DNA of 64,000 bases from the NCBI GenBank assembly GCA_000146465.1, contig CP001951.1; one strand, given 5' to 3'. Positions within the stretch are counted from its first letter, which is position 1. Each line of letters opens with the position of its first letter. Shown here piece by piece: positions 47,531 through 58,218 of the stretch. The notes under the pieces were generated by a model. The model was not told the DNA's origin and did no database searches. It saw only the letters and a list, made by a program, of their open reading frames with translations. A program made the translations under genes and the position numbers.

Positions 47531-49468
47531 ATGTTTCATAACTTAGATATAAAGATTTGGGCTTCACAGCGTATGGCAGTCATGGACCTGTTGATAGAAA
47601 AGATAAATGACCTCCAGGACATATGTACAGAAAACAACATATCAAATAGAATCGAGCTTCCGCAAATAGTAGTTGTCGGTAGCCAAAGCTCTGGAAAAAG
47701 TAGCGTGCTTGAAAACATAGTGGGAAGAGACATTCTTCCGAGAGGAACAGGGATCGTCACCCGAAGGCCATTGATATTGCAGCTTATTTACAGCAAAACA
47801 GAAGACTATGCTGTCTTCAATCACCTTCCAGAAACAAAATTTACAAACTTCGAGGAAGTAAAGAAGGAAATCATCAAGGAAACAAACAGAATCCTAAAAT
47901 CAAAGAATGACGTTTCCCCACTTCCGATCACACTTAAGTACTATTCCTCAAAAGTTCTCACGCTTACACTGGTCGATCTTCCAGGATTGGTAAGGGTTCC
48001 AACAAACGATCAGCCTAAGGATATATGTACCAAGATAACAGAGATATGTAGAAAGTACGTATCGAATAGGAATGCACTAATCCTTGCAGTATCTTCCGCA
48101 AATACAGACATATCGAATTCGGATGCCTTACAGCTTGCAAGGGAAGTGGATCATAATTATGAAAGAACAATCGGAGTTCTTACCAAGGTAGATCTGATGG
48201 ATTCGGGAACAGATGTTGTAGACATACTAGCTGGAAGAATCATATGCTTAAGACTAGGGTTTGTTCCTGTTGTAAATAGGAGCCAGCAGGATATCGAAAG
48301 AAATAAAAGCATACAACAAGCATTAAAGGACGAGGAGGTGTTTTTCCTATCTCATGAGTCTTACAAGAGGAACAGAGCGTACTGTGGAACAGGATATTTG
48401 ATAACAAAGCTTCATAACATTCTTCACGAACACATAAAACAATGCTTACCAGAACTTCAAGAAAGAATCAACAGTGGAATGATTGATGCTCAAAACAACC
48501 TTCGAGATCTTGGAAACATATGCTTGAGCCCGAAAGAAAATGTAATGCGAATCATCAACACTGTTTCCAAAAGATTCAGCGATATTCTCTCAGGAAACAT
48601 CGAGTCTAAGGGAAACGAGCTGATGGGGGGAGCAAGGCTGAACTATGCATTCAATCACCACTTTTCAAAGTTCATAAATAGGCTTGGTGCTCTTGACAAC
48701 ATTCATGACGAGCAAATAAGGGCACTACTGTATAACTCTAGTGGATCGTCATCTGTACTGCTATTTGGACATGTAGCCTTTGAAAAGCTAGCAAGGGTTT
48801 CTGTGGAATCCTTCAAGTTGCATAGCTTAAAGCTTGTGAGCATAGTATTTTCCGAGCTGGTTAGAATGATTAAGCACATTGTAGATGTTTCCACAGCAAG
48901 TAGGTATCCTGTACTTGGAGAAAGGATTATAGCCTGTGCGATCGGAATGTTTAAGGAAAGATGTGATGCAACACATAAACTGGTTGAGTCATTCGTTGAC
49001 TGGAATACAGGATACATCAGTACCAGGCACCCCGACTTTATACGATGGAATGAAATGTTATCAAGGGAAATGGAGGATTCTGTACTTGAAAGAAAGGCAG
49101 AAAAGATAGACTTCTACAAGGGAATGGAAAGCAAAGCCACTCTTGATTCCATTCCTAATACGTTAAGGATTCGCGATGGGCTTTCCGAGCAAGAGGTTAT
49201 AGAGATAAACATGATTAAGTCCATGGTTGAGTCTTATTTCGAAATAACCAAGAAGATAATTGTTGATCAAGTTCCAAAAGCAATAATGTGTGAGTTAGTC
49301 AAAAAGGCCGAAAACTCACTTCAGGAGACACTATTCATGGAGATATACAACAGGGAAGACCTGGATTCAATAGCGTCAGAGTCGGAAGAAGTGAAGTTAG
49401 AAAGAAGTAGAATAGAATCCATGTTAAAGGCCTTGAAGCAAGCCTATGATATAATATGCTCTTTATGA
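47531..49468 (+). CDS. dynamin-family large GTPase (Vps1/Dnm1-like)
   Basis: G1 VVVGSQSSGKSSVLENIVGRDILPRGTGIVTRRPLILQL, G3 DLPGL, G4 TKVD. Middle domain and C-terminal GED. No PH or PRD domain (Vps1-like architecture). An alternative in-frame ATG is at 47573. Confidence 0.85.
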   Translation: MFHNLDIKIWASQRMAVMDLLIEKINDLQDICTENNISNRIELPQIVVVGSQSSGKSSVLENIVGRDILPRGTGIVTRRPLILQLIYSKTEDYAVFNHLPETKFTNFEEVKKEIIKETNRILKSKNDVSPLPITLKYYSSKVLTLTLVDLPGLVRVPTNDQPKDICTKITEICRKYVSNRNALILAVSSANTDISNSDALQLAREVDHNYERTIGVLTKVDLMDSGTDVVDILAGRIICLRLGFVPVVNRSQQDIERNKSIQQALKDEEVFFLSHESYKRNRAYCGTGYLITKLHNILHEHIKQCLPELQERINSGMIDAQNNLRDLGNICLSPKENVMRIINTVSKRFSDILSGNIESKGNELMGGARLNYAFNHHFSKFINRLGALDNIHDEQIRALLYNSSGSSSVLLFGHVAFEKLARVSVESFKLHSLKLVSIVFSELVRMIKHIVDVSTASRYPVLGERIIACAIGMFKERCDATHKLVESFVDWNTGYISTRHPDFIRWNEMLSREMEDSVLERKAEKIDFYKGMESKATLDSIPNTLRIRDGLSEQEVIEINMIKSMVESYFEITKKIIVDQVPKAIMCELVKKAENSLQETLFMEIYNREDLDSIASESEEVKLERSRIESMLKALKQAYDIICSL

Positions 49469-49489
49469 GATTAAATATCCTTATCTTAT

Positions 49490-50281
49490 TTAATTAGCTT
49501 CTTTCAACAATACAAACATATCTTTCTTGTAATAGTTCGAATTCATATGCAGGTTGTGGATGACATCGTGTAATGGGATGGCCCTTATGGAGGAAACCGT
49601 TCCCTCATGAGCTATTTTTATATTTATGATATGAATGTGAAGTCTAAGATATGTTGGCCTATAGTGGAAGAACATAAATACATGCTTAGGATCCAAAGCA
49701 AACTTTGTTGCCAAGATGGTGTTTGCGTTTTCCTGGGCTCTTATCAGAAGATTGTGAGAATTTATGTCTCTTATTGTTTTGAGGGCAGGATCTTTGAATA
49801 TCACCAAAAGGTGGAGATGGTCTATCAATTGCTTATTCCACTTATAGTCTGGAATAATCATTATCTCTTGGTCCTCATACAAGATTTCCTCATTTACATT
49901 TCTTTTACTTGGATCGATGATATTATCCATCCAACTAGTACTTATGTGGCCGTAGTTTTTTAGAAAATCCAAGTATTCCTCGTAAGTTTCTCTGATGTAA
50001 ATGGGACTCGAAGAGTATTTCCTGATGTGCTCTTCTGTTGCCGGATATATGAGTCTAAAACTGATGGGCATATTCCCTAAGACTTTATAGGTATAGTACA
50101 CATCGTTTGACTGAATTCTTTCCATTGGAAGAGATAGGAACTGGGAAAAGGTGTCTTGTGGAACGGGTTGATTTGGAAATATCAATATAGCCTTTTGGCC
50201 TTCAACCTTGCCTATGTAAAGATGTCCCTCGGAGCTTGTAAGACTTTCCTCTAGAATGAATTTCTTGATTACATTTTCCAT
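49490..50281 (-). CDS. DCS1: scavenger mRNA decapping enzyme DcpS (HIT family)
   Basis: The C-terminal HIT domain aligns with human DcpS (IIPDYKWNKQ..DLHLLVIFKD...FFHYRPTYLRLHIHII versus LIFPDLKYP..DLHLLAIYHR...YLHYLPSYYHLHVHF). Histidine motif present as R-L-H-I-H. Confidence 0.7.
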   Translation of the reverse strand: MENVIKKFILEESLTSSEGHLYIGKVEGQKAILIFPNQPVPQDTFSQFLSLPMERIQSNDVYYTYKVLGNMPISFRLIYPATEEHIRKYSSSPIYIRETYEEYLDFLKNYGHISTSWMDNIIDPSKRNVNEEILYEDQEIMIIPDYKWNKQLIDHLHLLVIFKDPALKTIRDINSHNLLIRAQENANTILATKFALDPKHVFMFFHYRPTYLRLHIHIINIKIAHEGTVSSIRAIPLHDVIHNLHMNSNYYKKDMFVLLKEAN

Positions 50282-50320
50282 AGCAGGGTTTAGATTTTTA
50301 CGTGTAATGTCTAATCCCTA

Positions 50321-51508
50321 ATGAAAGATTCTAACCAAAAAGCCAACGAAAAAGCAAAAGAGTTACTAAAAAAGATGGAAGAGTGCATGGGTATAAAGAT
50401 TGAGGGAATTTGTTCACAAGAGGATTATTCTGACGTCATAAACAGATGCTGCGAAAATCTGATTGGTTATAAAAAGGTACCCTTAGGGGTTTCAAATAGA
50501 GGGGTATTAATAAACAACCGCATGTTCTTTATTCCAATAGCAACGACAGAAGGTGCATTGGTTGCATCAATGTGCCGTGGAATCAAACTTATAAATGCAT
50601 GCGGAGGAGTTGAAGGGTATGCAGAAAACGTCGGGATTACAAGAGGATTTACTATGAGGTTTGAAAGTTTTAGGGAGGCCATGAGGTTCTACCAGTGGAT
50701 AAAAATGGAAAAGTCAATTGCAAATCTCAAAAGAATTGGAAATGAAGGAAGCAGGTATATGAGAATCAGTAAGATTGAATCCAAGCATGTTATAGGGGAA
50801 GATGTATACATTAAGGTACATGGGTACTCGGGAGATGCCATGGGAATGAATATGATAACAAAGTCATGTGTTCAAATATCTAATGAAATAGTTCGTTTAT
50901 TTCCAAACTCTAGTCTTGTGTGCATAAGCTCTAACACATGCACTGACAAAAAGTGGTCTGCAGAAAACTATTGTAATGGAAGAGGAAGAAAGATATTTAT
51001 GAATCTGAGAGTAGACAATCGAAACTGTGAAGAGATACTTGGAGTTAACATAGATAGAATTCTAGATGTATATCATGCGAAAGTTGTGGTTGGGGGATCT
51101 CTTGTGCTAGGGGGATTTAATTGCCAAGCAGCCAACTACGTTGCAGGGATATTTCTAGCTCTAGGACAGGATCTAGGACAAATTATTGAAAGTAGCAATT
51201 GTATATTGAGCATGAAAAAACTTGAAAGTGAAGTTCTGAGTGTTTCTTTGTTTATGCCTTCGGTTACAGTGGGTGTGGTTGGTGGGGGTACACACCTGGA
51301 ACCTTCCAAAAGCTTTTTAAGGCAATTTAGCAATGTGAATGATGAATACATAATAACGAATAAAGATGAAGACAAGTCGGTGGCACCTGGATACTTGGGA
51401 CTAGCTCTAGGAGCAGCAGTACTTGGAGGAGAGCTATCTCTTTTGGGATCTCTTGCGGATAACACATTAATGGAAAGTCACTTGAGATTGAATAGAAGAC
51501 AAGGGTAG
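50321..51508 (+). CDS. HMG1: HMG-CoA reductase, catalytic domain only (no membrane/sterol-sensing domain)
   Basis: 395 aa. ENLIGYKKVPLGVSNRGVLINNRMFFIPIATTEGALVASMCRG matches the HMGR catalytic core (ENVIGYMPIPVGVAG...VPMATTEGCLVAS), and the downstream dimerisation and NADPH regions are present. The ORF starts directly with the catalytic domain. Confidence 0.9.
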   Translation: MKDSNQKANEKAKELLKKMEECMGIKIEGICSQEDYSDVINRCCENLIGYKKVPLGVSNRGVLINNRMFFIPIATTEGALVASMCRGIKLINACGGVEGYAENVGITRGFTMRFESFREAMRFYQWIKMEKSIANLKRIGNEGSRYMRISKIESKHVIGEDVYIKVHGYSGDAMGMNMITKSCVQISNEIVRLFPNSSLVCISSNTCTDKKWSAENYCNGRGRKIFMNLRVDNRNCEEILGVNIDRILDVYHAKVVVGGSLVLGGFNCQAANYVAGIFLALGQDLGQIIESSNCILSMKKLESEVLSVSLFMPSVTVGVVGGGTHLEPSKSFLRQFSNVNDEYIITNKDEDKSVAPGYLGLALGAAVLGGELSLLGSLADNTLMESHLRLNRRQG

Positions 51509-51637
51509 GATTGAAATGATGGTTTAGGGGCTTGTATTAACATGCCCTGGAGCCAATAGTTTATAATGGTCTCCTTTTGATCTATCAATGATTTTTCTTG
51601 TATCAAAAGAATAAAAATAAAGGCCCATCATATTCGG

Positions 51638-52465
51638 ATGTCAATTAGGCTGACGATAAGATACCGAACAGATTCCATAGAAGCAAGTGTAATGATGACG
51701 GATACTCTAGAATCCTTGAAACTAAGAATTCAGGAAATTACAGGAGTGCCAGTGGATTCTCAGGTGCTTCTGTTCAATGACAGAGTCCTTAACGACAACA
51801 ACAAGGAACTGAAGGAGCTTGGAATAGAGAACGACTCCACTTTGTATCTTAAAAAAAGATCTGGAGCTCGGAAGGAAGGAAAGCGACAAGATTTTACTGC
51901 TTCCATGATGAAAAACCCTTTAGTTAAGAATTTTCTGAAGAATCCAGATGCCATGAAGAGCATTGTTGAGATGTTCCCTGGGCTCAAGGAAGAAATGAGC
52001 AATAATCCAGAACTACGAATGATGATGAATAGCTCAAATCTCCAAGAAGAACTCGAAATGTTTTCCATGAATCCGGAATACATGAACACCCAGCTTAAAA
52101 ACCTGGACATAACAATGTCCAAGCTAGAGAACATCCCTGGCGGCCTCAATATGATAAATAGCATGATTAAGGACGTTCAAGATCCTCTGTCGTCAGCATT
52201 GAAAGAAGGAATGGGAAGAGGATATAGAGTGAAGGAGGGAAGAAAGATAGACAAGCCCATTAATGAAGCAATTCCAGGTGCCCGTAAAGAAGAGAGTCAA
52301 TTGGTGAAATATAGAGATAAACTGGCAGAGCTTAAGCAGATTGGATTCAGTAATACTAGAAAAAACTTCACGGCTCTTATCGCATGTAACGGGGATTTAG
52401 AGAGATCAATAATGTATTTACGAGAGCTGGACAGTAAATCATCCCCGACACAGAGGGCAAAATAA
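51638..52465 (+). CDS. DSK2: ubiquilin/Dsk2-like UBL-UBA shuttle factor
   Basis: N-terminal ubiquitin-like domain, STI1-like repeats (NPELRMMMNS, NPEYMNTQL), C-terminal UBA (LAELKQIGFSNTRKNFTALIACNGDLERSIMYL). Confidence 0.75.
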   Translation: MSIRLTIRYRTDSIEASVMMTDTLESLKLRIQEITGVPVDSQVLLFNDRVLNDNNKELKELGIENDSTLYLKKRSGARKEGKRQDFTASMMKNPLVKNFLKNPDAMKSIVEMFPGLKEEMSNNPELRMMMNSSNLQEELEMFSMNPEYMNTQLKNLDITMSKLENIPGGLNMINSMIKDVQDPLSSALKEGMGRGYRVKEGRKIDKPINEAIPGARKEESQLVKYRDKLAELKQIGFSNTRKNFTALIACNGDLERSIMYLRELDSKSSPTQRAK

Positions 52466-52558
52466 AAATAAAGGCGAGGCCTTACTGCATTCTTCTTTCC
52501 CTAGGGTTGTTGTGTCTGTTAGAAGCCATTTCGAAATTGTTTTTAATAGCAAGGTACA

Positions 52559-55500
52559 CTAAACTTCGCTCCCAATATACTTAGAATTCACGAGGTCAAT
52601 AAATCTACATACGCTAAACGAGCATATCCCTGCTATGTCACAGATGTTGTTTCCATTCTTCCTTAGCTTAAGAAGATCATCAAACCTGAACGAGACAGGA
52701 TGGGAAACCAAAATATTCTGGACATAAATCTCCACGCTAAAGAGAAGAGGAGTGTCGGAGAGAAATAGGAAGAATATCTCGGAGATATCGGGAGAGTCAT
52801 ATATTTGGACCAATACTCCCATGTTCATTAACTTCTCAGCACTGTACTTATGAGTCCCATATTTAGAATCCCTAATGATATCGTCAACACCGTTAAATCC
52901 AAACAAGGACCTCCTCTTGATAGCCAATTTTGCAGCGAAAGAGTTGAGATAGTTCTGATAAAGCTCTATCTTTCCTGATAGGTAATCATCTTTGTAGCAT
53001 AGATTGTCGTAACTTATCTCATTTATCCTGAGCTCTTTGCTTCTTTCTTCAGACATGAATCTCAGAATGACTATATCTTGAGCTAGCATAAAGAGGAGTT
53101 CTGAATACAGGTTATGTCTACTAGTGATCTTCTTATCTTCCAAGAAGTTCAAATCATCAATGATGGACTCTTTCAGCTGGTCGATAGTTTCGTATTGCTT
53201 TGGTGGAGATGCTATTGACAAGCCGTCATCCTCCTCCTTGGTGCAAATAGCACTCTTCTTCATTTCCAAGTATCGGGATCTCTCCTCTTCATCGGATTCC
53301 TTTAAAAGCATCTCAAGCAAGTTTCTTCCCTTGCACACCGATATGGCATATATAAGCTTTCTCTTTAAACCTCTTACAAAGTTCTCCAACGCTATCTTTT
53401 CGGGATCCTGAGAACATATCCATTCAGGCCCAAAGAAAGTGAATGAGAGTGTTTTGTTTTGATCGTCTGGGAACAAAGGTAGGGTCTCAAGAATCTCACA
53501 CAACTCCGAACCAAGTATCCTAGTGTTGCTTAGGAGGAGAGTTATTAATTGGTTTGCAGTACTACTTGGAAGATGTACGGTTGCCCGCTTGAGCTTTCCC
53601 AACTCATTCATCGACTCAAACTGGAAGTAATGATCAAGTCCAGAGACGTTTGTAAGTTTGGAAAGAATAGATTGATATCTTTCGTGGCACCTTCTGAAAA
53701 AGGGATAAAGAGGGGAATAGAACCTAAGTTCAAAGTTCTTTTTCTCCCCACTTATAAAGGACATGTACTTACTCATTCCGTCCCCGTCTTTTTCCTCTTC
53801 ACCGTTGTCTGATTCCTCGAAGAACATTACTCTGTCTGCTATATGTTCCAGAATCTTGGATATTATAAAGCACTTATTTCTAAGAGATTTCCCAACCTCA
53901 AATGATTCAATAAATGCATCCGGAGCAAGAATGAAAGGCATTACAAATTCCGAATAGAATGTCCTAGGGCCGTATAGCTTAAGGAAGTATCTAAGGATAT
54001 AAGGAATTGATTCAACACTAGACTCCAGAAGATCCAGCGCCGATGCAATCACTCCACGAACCACCATAAGCCTTGTCTGCACCGCTTCCCTAACTCTCTC
54101 ATTCTCCAATGCTTTGTCCGCAGACGTACTTTGGTTGAATAGCATTTTGTATATGAGAACCGGATTCGCATCCACTTCGATGTTTTCCAGGTTCTTTACA
54201 ACTTGAAGAATCTTGTCTCGAAGAACAAAGCTCCCCTGGGATATCCTGAAATAGTTAACCATTAACTTGTGGGAAATCGATCCAGGCATCAAAGTATGGT
54301 GAACTGGGAATTCCACTTCTCTAAATAACTCGAGAGAGAAAAAGGTACTAGAATGGATTCCTAAAGACATGTCTATCGGGACGAGTTTCCTTACATCAAG
54401 TCCATTATCGAGAAGCTCTTTCCTGAATATCTCCAGCACAAGGTTTATAAACATGTATTCCTCTTTCTTTGAAGAAACATTGGAGAAGATAGGAATAATG
54501 ATGGAGACTATAAAAGAATCTGGGTCGTTAACGTTTCTAAGAAGCTCAGAAAGATACTTAGGGTTGTTCTGCAAAAACAGTAATACTCTTTCAAAGTCTC
54601 TGGTGTCTTCATCCTCTGGAATCGGATTTTTGATTGTTATGTTTCCTACTTCCATCCTGTTCTGAACTATTAGTCTAATTCTTGTCTCAATGTCCTTTAT
54701 CTGTGCTTCCTTGGCATAGATACTGTCAAACTTCCGTGATATCTTGTGATGAAGATTTTCTATAAGATTTTCCTTGACCATCTCGGATGAATTACTGAAG
54801 AAAATAAACGCAAACCTTCGGATCGAAAACAGAGAGACCTCCTTCCTATAGTAGATATCATCAAAACATTTTTTGTACAAAAAGGTCCGAAGAGTCAGCT
54901 TGAGAATATCAAAAGATTCGTCACAAACACTTATGTCCTCCGATAGAAAACTCCCTTCCTTTTCTTCTACATTCTCCTGATCTAAAATCTCTTTTCTTAC
55001 TTTATTTTCCCCATTACCTGCTGCTTCCTCCATAGCTATCTTTTCCTTTAGCACATCTTCAATGTTGTCAAACTTAGGCATGTTCATCTTCTCAACCTGA
55101 ACATCAGCTCTTGCCATATCATCATAGGAAAAGATCTTCCCTTTAGCACTCTTGATATTCTTGGAAATTCCCTTTGAACTCAAAAGATGTGCTAAAGCAT
55201 GGATGCAGTATATGACCTTAACAAAGTTTTTCTTTTCATATAAGTCGATAACCTCGAAATGGAAGTATTCCGGCAGTCCAATATGCGATACTCCACTTAA
55301 AAAGTAGTTGATATTGTCCGTGTGCCTGTATTGCAAAGTACAATCAACAAAAACATTTTTTACAGAGTTAGGTGCAAATACTTTGCATATATCAGTAAGA
55401 ATCACTCCTTTCCTCATTTCCTCTTCAAACTCTTCAAATGATTCAGGTACAGAGGTAAAATCTCCCAACCACGACTTCGCCTCCTCAAGCCTGCATAGGT

Positions 55501-55624
55501 ACTCGTATGCCCGAGTGTTTCTTCTCTCTAAGTCCATGTCTTCAGACGACACATGAACATCGGTACCTAACCTTTGGTGAACATTAATACTATTTTTCTT
55601 GAGCTCTTCTTTTTTGCTTTCCAT
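52559..55624 (-). CDS. IQG1: IQGAP-like Ras GTPase-activating-like scaffold protein
   Basis: The N-terminal calponin-homology domain aligns with IQGAP1 (AYEYLCRLEEAKSWLGD...FEEEMRKGVILTDICKVFAP...YRHTDNINYF...IYCIHALAHLL versus YEYLCHLEEAKRWMEACLGE...LEEGLRNGVYLAKL...FRHTDNVIQW...IYCIHALSLYL). 1021 aa with a RasGAP-related region downstream. Confidence 0.75.
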   Translation of the reverse strand: MESKKEELKKNSINVHQRLGTDVHVSSEDMDLERRNTRAYEYLCRLEEAKSWLGDFTSVPESFEEFEEEMRKGVILTDICKVFAPNSVKNVFVDCTLQYRHTDNINYFLSGVSHIGLPEYFHFEVIDLYEKKNFVKVIYCIHALAHLLSSKGISKNIKSAKGKIFSYDDMARADVQVEKMNMPKFDNIEDVLKEKIAMEEAAGNGENKVRKEILDQENVEEKEGSFLSEDISVCDESFDILKLTLRTFLYKKCFDDIYYRKEVSLFSIRRFAFIFFSNSSEMVKENLIENLHHKISRKFDSIYAKEAQIKDIETRIRLIVQNRMEVGNITIKNPIPEDEDTRDFERVLLFLQNNPKYLSELLRNVNDPDSFIVSIIIPIFSNVSSKKEEYMFINLVLEIFRKELLDNGLDVRKLVPIDMSLGIHSSTFFSLELFREVEFPVHHTLMPGSISHKLMVNYFRISQGSFVLRDKILQVVKNLENIEVDANPVLIYKMLFNQSTSADKALENERVREAVQTRLMVVRGVIASALDLLESSVESIPYILRYFLKLYGPRTFYSEFVMPFILAPDAFIESFEVGKSLRNKCFIISKILEHIADRVMFFEESDNGEEEKDGDGMSKYMSFISGEKKNFELRFYSPLYPFFRRCHERYQSILSKLTNVSGLDHYFQFESMNELGKLKRATVHLPSSTANQLITLLLSNTRILGSELCEILETLPLFPDDQNKTLSFTFFGPEWICSQDPEKIALENFVRGLKRKLIYAISVCKGRNLLEMLLKESDEEERSRYLEMKKSAICTKEEDDGLSIASPPKQYETIDQLKESIIDDLNFLEDKKITSRHNLYSELLFMLAQDIVILRFMSEERSKELRINEISYDNLCYKDDYLSGKIELYQNYLNSFAAKLAIKRRSLFGFNGVDDIIRDSKYGTHKYSAEKLMNMGVLVQIYDSPDISEIFFLFLSDTPLLFSVEIYVQNILVSHPVSFRFDDLLKLRKNGNNICDIAGICSFSVCRFIDLVNSKYIGSEV

Positions 55625-55702
55625 GGGTGAAAAAAAACTGCAGAATTTATAAGGATTATCAAAGGTATCGAGTCTTAGAGCCTAAAAACATTTCCCCCTT
55701 AG

Positions 55703-57556
55703 ATGCAGGAGTTACTACTTAACTTTATTCATACTTTCTTTGGAATCCACGGGAAGTCTCCTTCTCCTTTATTTCTGGAAAGTGCAATGAGGTACCTGAA
55801 GCCATCCAAATTTGAAGCCATGGAGGATGACGAAATAGAGAATGCAATCAAAATCAAATCATACAGAGCATATTTGGCATACAGAAGAATGAAAAAAAAC
55901 ATCATTGCCAAGATGCTTTGTTATGTACTAGCTAATGTGGCTGACTCCGAGATTTCAGTAATGTCAGAGCTAGATAGAAATGTGAAGAAAGGAGCGTTAG
56001 GGATTGAGATTTCCTATTTTTCAGAAGCAAGTCTTCCTTTACTCAAAGAAAGTGTTGGTACACACATATACGGAATTGCATTTCAGGTGTACCAAAATGC
56101 ATGTATATATAGAAAGCTTAGATCAGAAACATCTTTTTCTTCTAAGGCACACTCATACTTTTACGAAATCGTAAGAGAGGAATTGGAAAAGTATGAAAGA
56201 TCAGTAATTGAGCAGGATGAGGAACTTCTCTCTTTTTATGTCGGTATGTATTCTCGGTACATAAGGATTCAGATAATTCACCAGCTAAACGAATGTTTTA
56301 GAGATAATCCTAAGAAACCCTTTGAGTTCCTTAAATTCAATTTTCTCTCCAATCATCCATTTTACAGACAGGTTTTGGAATCCAGCTGTTTGCATATCGA
56401 CAGCTGCCTCCAAGAGTTTCTATTGACAGGATCCTTTAAAGACGATACTAACGAGTTTTTCATATGCCGCAAAGTAACCATCGATCCTTGGGAGGAGTTC
56501 ACTATTGATTTTGGCCTTGTCCCATATTTTATTAGCAACAGAGTAGTTCAAAAGATCTTGTATATAGGGAAGTGCTCATCTCTTATAAGAAGATATGACT
56601 TGGAGAGAATTGGAAGCCTAGATACCTTTCAAGCTTCACAAATTGAATCCAGAATGGAGAAGACCACCGAAGGAGTTAATTTCAGAAACCTGGTTGAAGA
56701 AGAACTAGAGAACATTGCAAGACAAATTAATATTTTAAATCCCAACCTTGAAGAAAACATAGATCTAATTCTCCATAAGATCAACAAAAAGATAAGACAT
56801 GACTTTCTCAGTTGCCCTGCCATATGCAGTCAGATTGAAGGAATCAAAAACACCTTTTTGTTTAGAAGATGTGATTTTATTGAAACACTCTTTCTTTACC
56901 TAAAAGACAGTAGGGATCTTACTAGAAAGAGTTTTAGCTACGTTCTGGACCTTGCAATTAGAAACACTTATGGAGATGTTGACGAATTTACTTCGGGATT
57001 GGGCGTATATATCGTGGACGACGAAAACAAATACGAGAACTTTGCACTATTTTGCCAGGTAAGCTATCCAGCAAGCATAATAATTACAAAGGAAAGTGTC
57101 CTCAAGCTTGTAGCAATATTCCAATTTCTCTGGAAGCTGAAGAGAGTCGAACATCTTCTTCTGAGAATTTCAAAGATGAAAATGGAGGGTAAAACCAAGA
57201 TTAAGATTGCTTCCTACAAGACTTTGGTATATAAAATAAGCTATTTTGTTTTCCAAGAAGTGATTGAAAAAAAATGGAACTTCTTCTCTGCATCCGGCGA
57301 AATGCCTTTGAACAAACTAAGGTTAGGAATGGAGAAGGTATTGGATGAGGTCATAAACATATGCCAAATTGGAGGAAAAATGGAAGCTCTTCTTGACTCC
57401 ATGAAAGATTCTCTAATAGATACAGGAGCCAGATCCTCTTCGTTTAGCGATGAAGAGATTCAAAGAAAACTATCGGAGCTTGTGAAAGAGCATGGAAATA
57501 GTTTTATTGGAACGTCTCTATATGACCTCCACAAATATTCTAAGGCCATCAACTAG
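55703..57556 (+). CDS. gamma-tubulin complex component (GCP2/3, Spc97/Spc98 family)
   Basis: 617 aa. C-terminal GRIP2-like motif VSYPASIIITKESVLKLVAIFQFLWKLKRVEHLL (compare the GCP consensus PWPLSL.FT...L.KY..IFRFL...K..E..L). CCCCC lies upstream of the ATG. Confidence 0.55.
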   Translation: MQELLLNFIHTFFGIHGKSPSPLFLESAMRYLKPSKFEAMEDDEIENAIKIKSYRAYLAYRRMKKNIIAKMLCYVLANVADSEISVMSELDRNVKKGALGIEISYFSEASLPLLKESVGTHIYGIAFQVYQNACIYRKLRSETSFSSKAHSYFYEIVREELEKYERSVIEQDEELLSFYVGMYSRYIRIQIIHQLNECFRDNPKKPFEFLKFNFLSNHPFYRQVLESSCLHIDSCLQEFLLTGSFKDDTNEFFICRKVTIDPWEEFTIDFGLVPYFISNRVVQKILYIGKCSSLIRRYDLERIGSLDTFQASQIESRMEKTTEGVNFRNLVEEELENIARQINILNPNLEENIDLILHKINKKIRHDFLSCPAICSQIEGIKNTFLFRRCDFIETLFLYLKDSRDLTRKSFSYVLDLAIRNTYGDVDEFTSGLGVYIVDDENKYENFALFCQVSYPASIIITKESVLKLVAIFQFLWKLKRVEHLLLRISKMKMEGKTKIKIASYKTLVYKISYFVFQEVIEKKWNFFSASGEMPLNKLRLGMEKVLDEVINICQIGGKMEALLDSMKDSLIDTGARSSSFSDEEIQRKLSELVKEHGNSFIGTSLYDLHKYSKAIN

Positions 57557-57571
57557 CACCCTCAGGCTGTA

Positions 57572-58174
57572 CTAAAGATACTCCTTCCTATCTTTCTCCA
57601 TTATTCCCGATTTGACTATTTTTACAGGAGGTATGGGTCTAGTGCTATAGATATCTACCTTTTCTATATCCTTGATCAGTGAAATGCAGTCTTCATTGAC
57701 ATTCCCAAAGACTACGTGCTTTCGATCAAGATGAGGTTGTGGAGAAAAGGTAATAAAGAACTGAGACCCATTGGAATTTGGCCCACTATTGGCCATGGAT
57801 AATTTACCGATTCCATCATGGCCAAATATGAATTTTTCGTCCTCAAAAGGTTGGCCGTCATATATAGAAATAGACCCGGTGCCATTTCCTTTGACAATAT
57901 CTCCTCCTTGCATCATGAACTCGGGAATAATTCTATGAAATATGGAACCTTCATATTTATAAAATTCGTTTCCAATATGTGTTCCCTCAACAAGTTTATA
58001 GAAATTAGCAGCTGTTTTCGGAGCAGCATCCCAGTATAATTCAAATGTAATTCTTCCGGATTTCTTTGTTCCATTAACCACATACTCCACGTCTAAATAC
58101 GGAGTTCCTCTGTTTGGCGATGTATTTACTCCCATACAAAGTAATACCAGTAAGACAGCACCATGGATTTTCAT
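57572..58174 (-). CDS. peptidyl-prolyl cis-trans isomerase, cyclophilin B-type with signal peptide
   Basis: Signal peptide MKIHGAVLLVLLCMGVNT. Cyclophilin core FHRIIPEFMMQGGD...GHDGIGKLSMANSGPNSNGSQFFITF...HVVFG. Confidence 0.9.
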   Translation of the reverse strand: MKIHGAVLLVLLCMGVNTSPNRGTPYLDVEYVVNGTKKSGRITFELYWDAAPKTAANFYKLVEGTHIGNEFYKYEGSIFHRIIPEFMMQGGDIVKGNGTGSISIYDGQPFEDEKFIFGHDGIGKLSMANSGPNSNGSQFFITFSPQPHLDRKHVVFGNVNEDCISLIKDIEKVDIYSTRPIPPVKIVKSGIMEKDRKEYL

Positions 58175-58218
58175 GATGGGCTTGGGCCAAAAACCTTAAA
58201 TTATTAATAAAATTTTTA

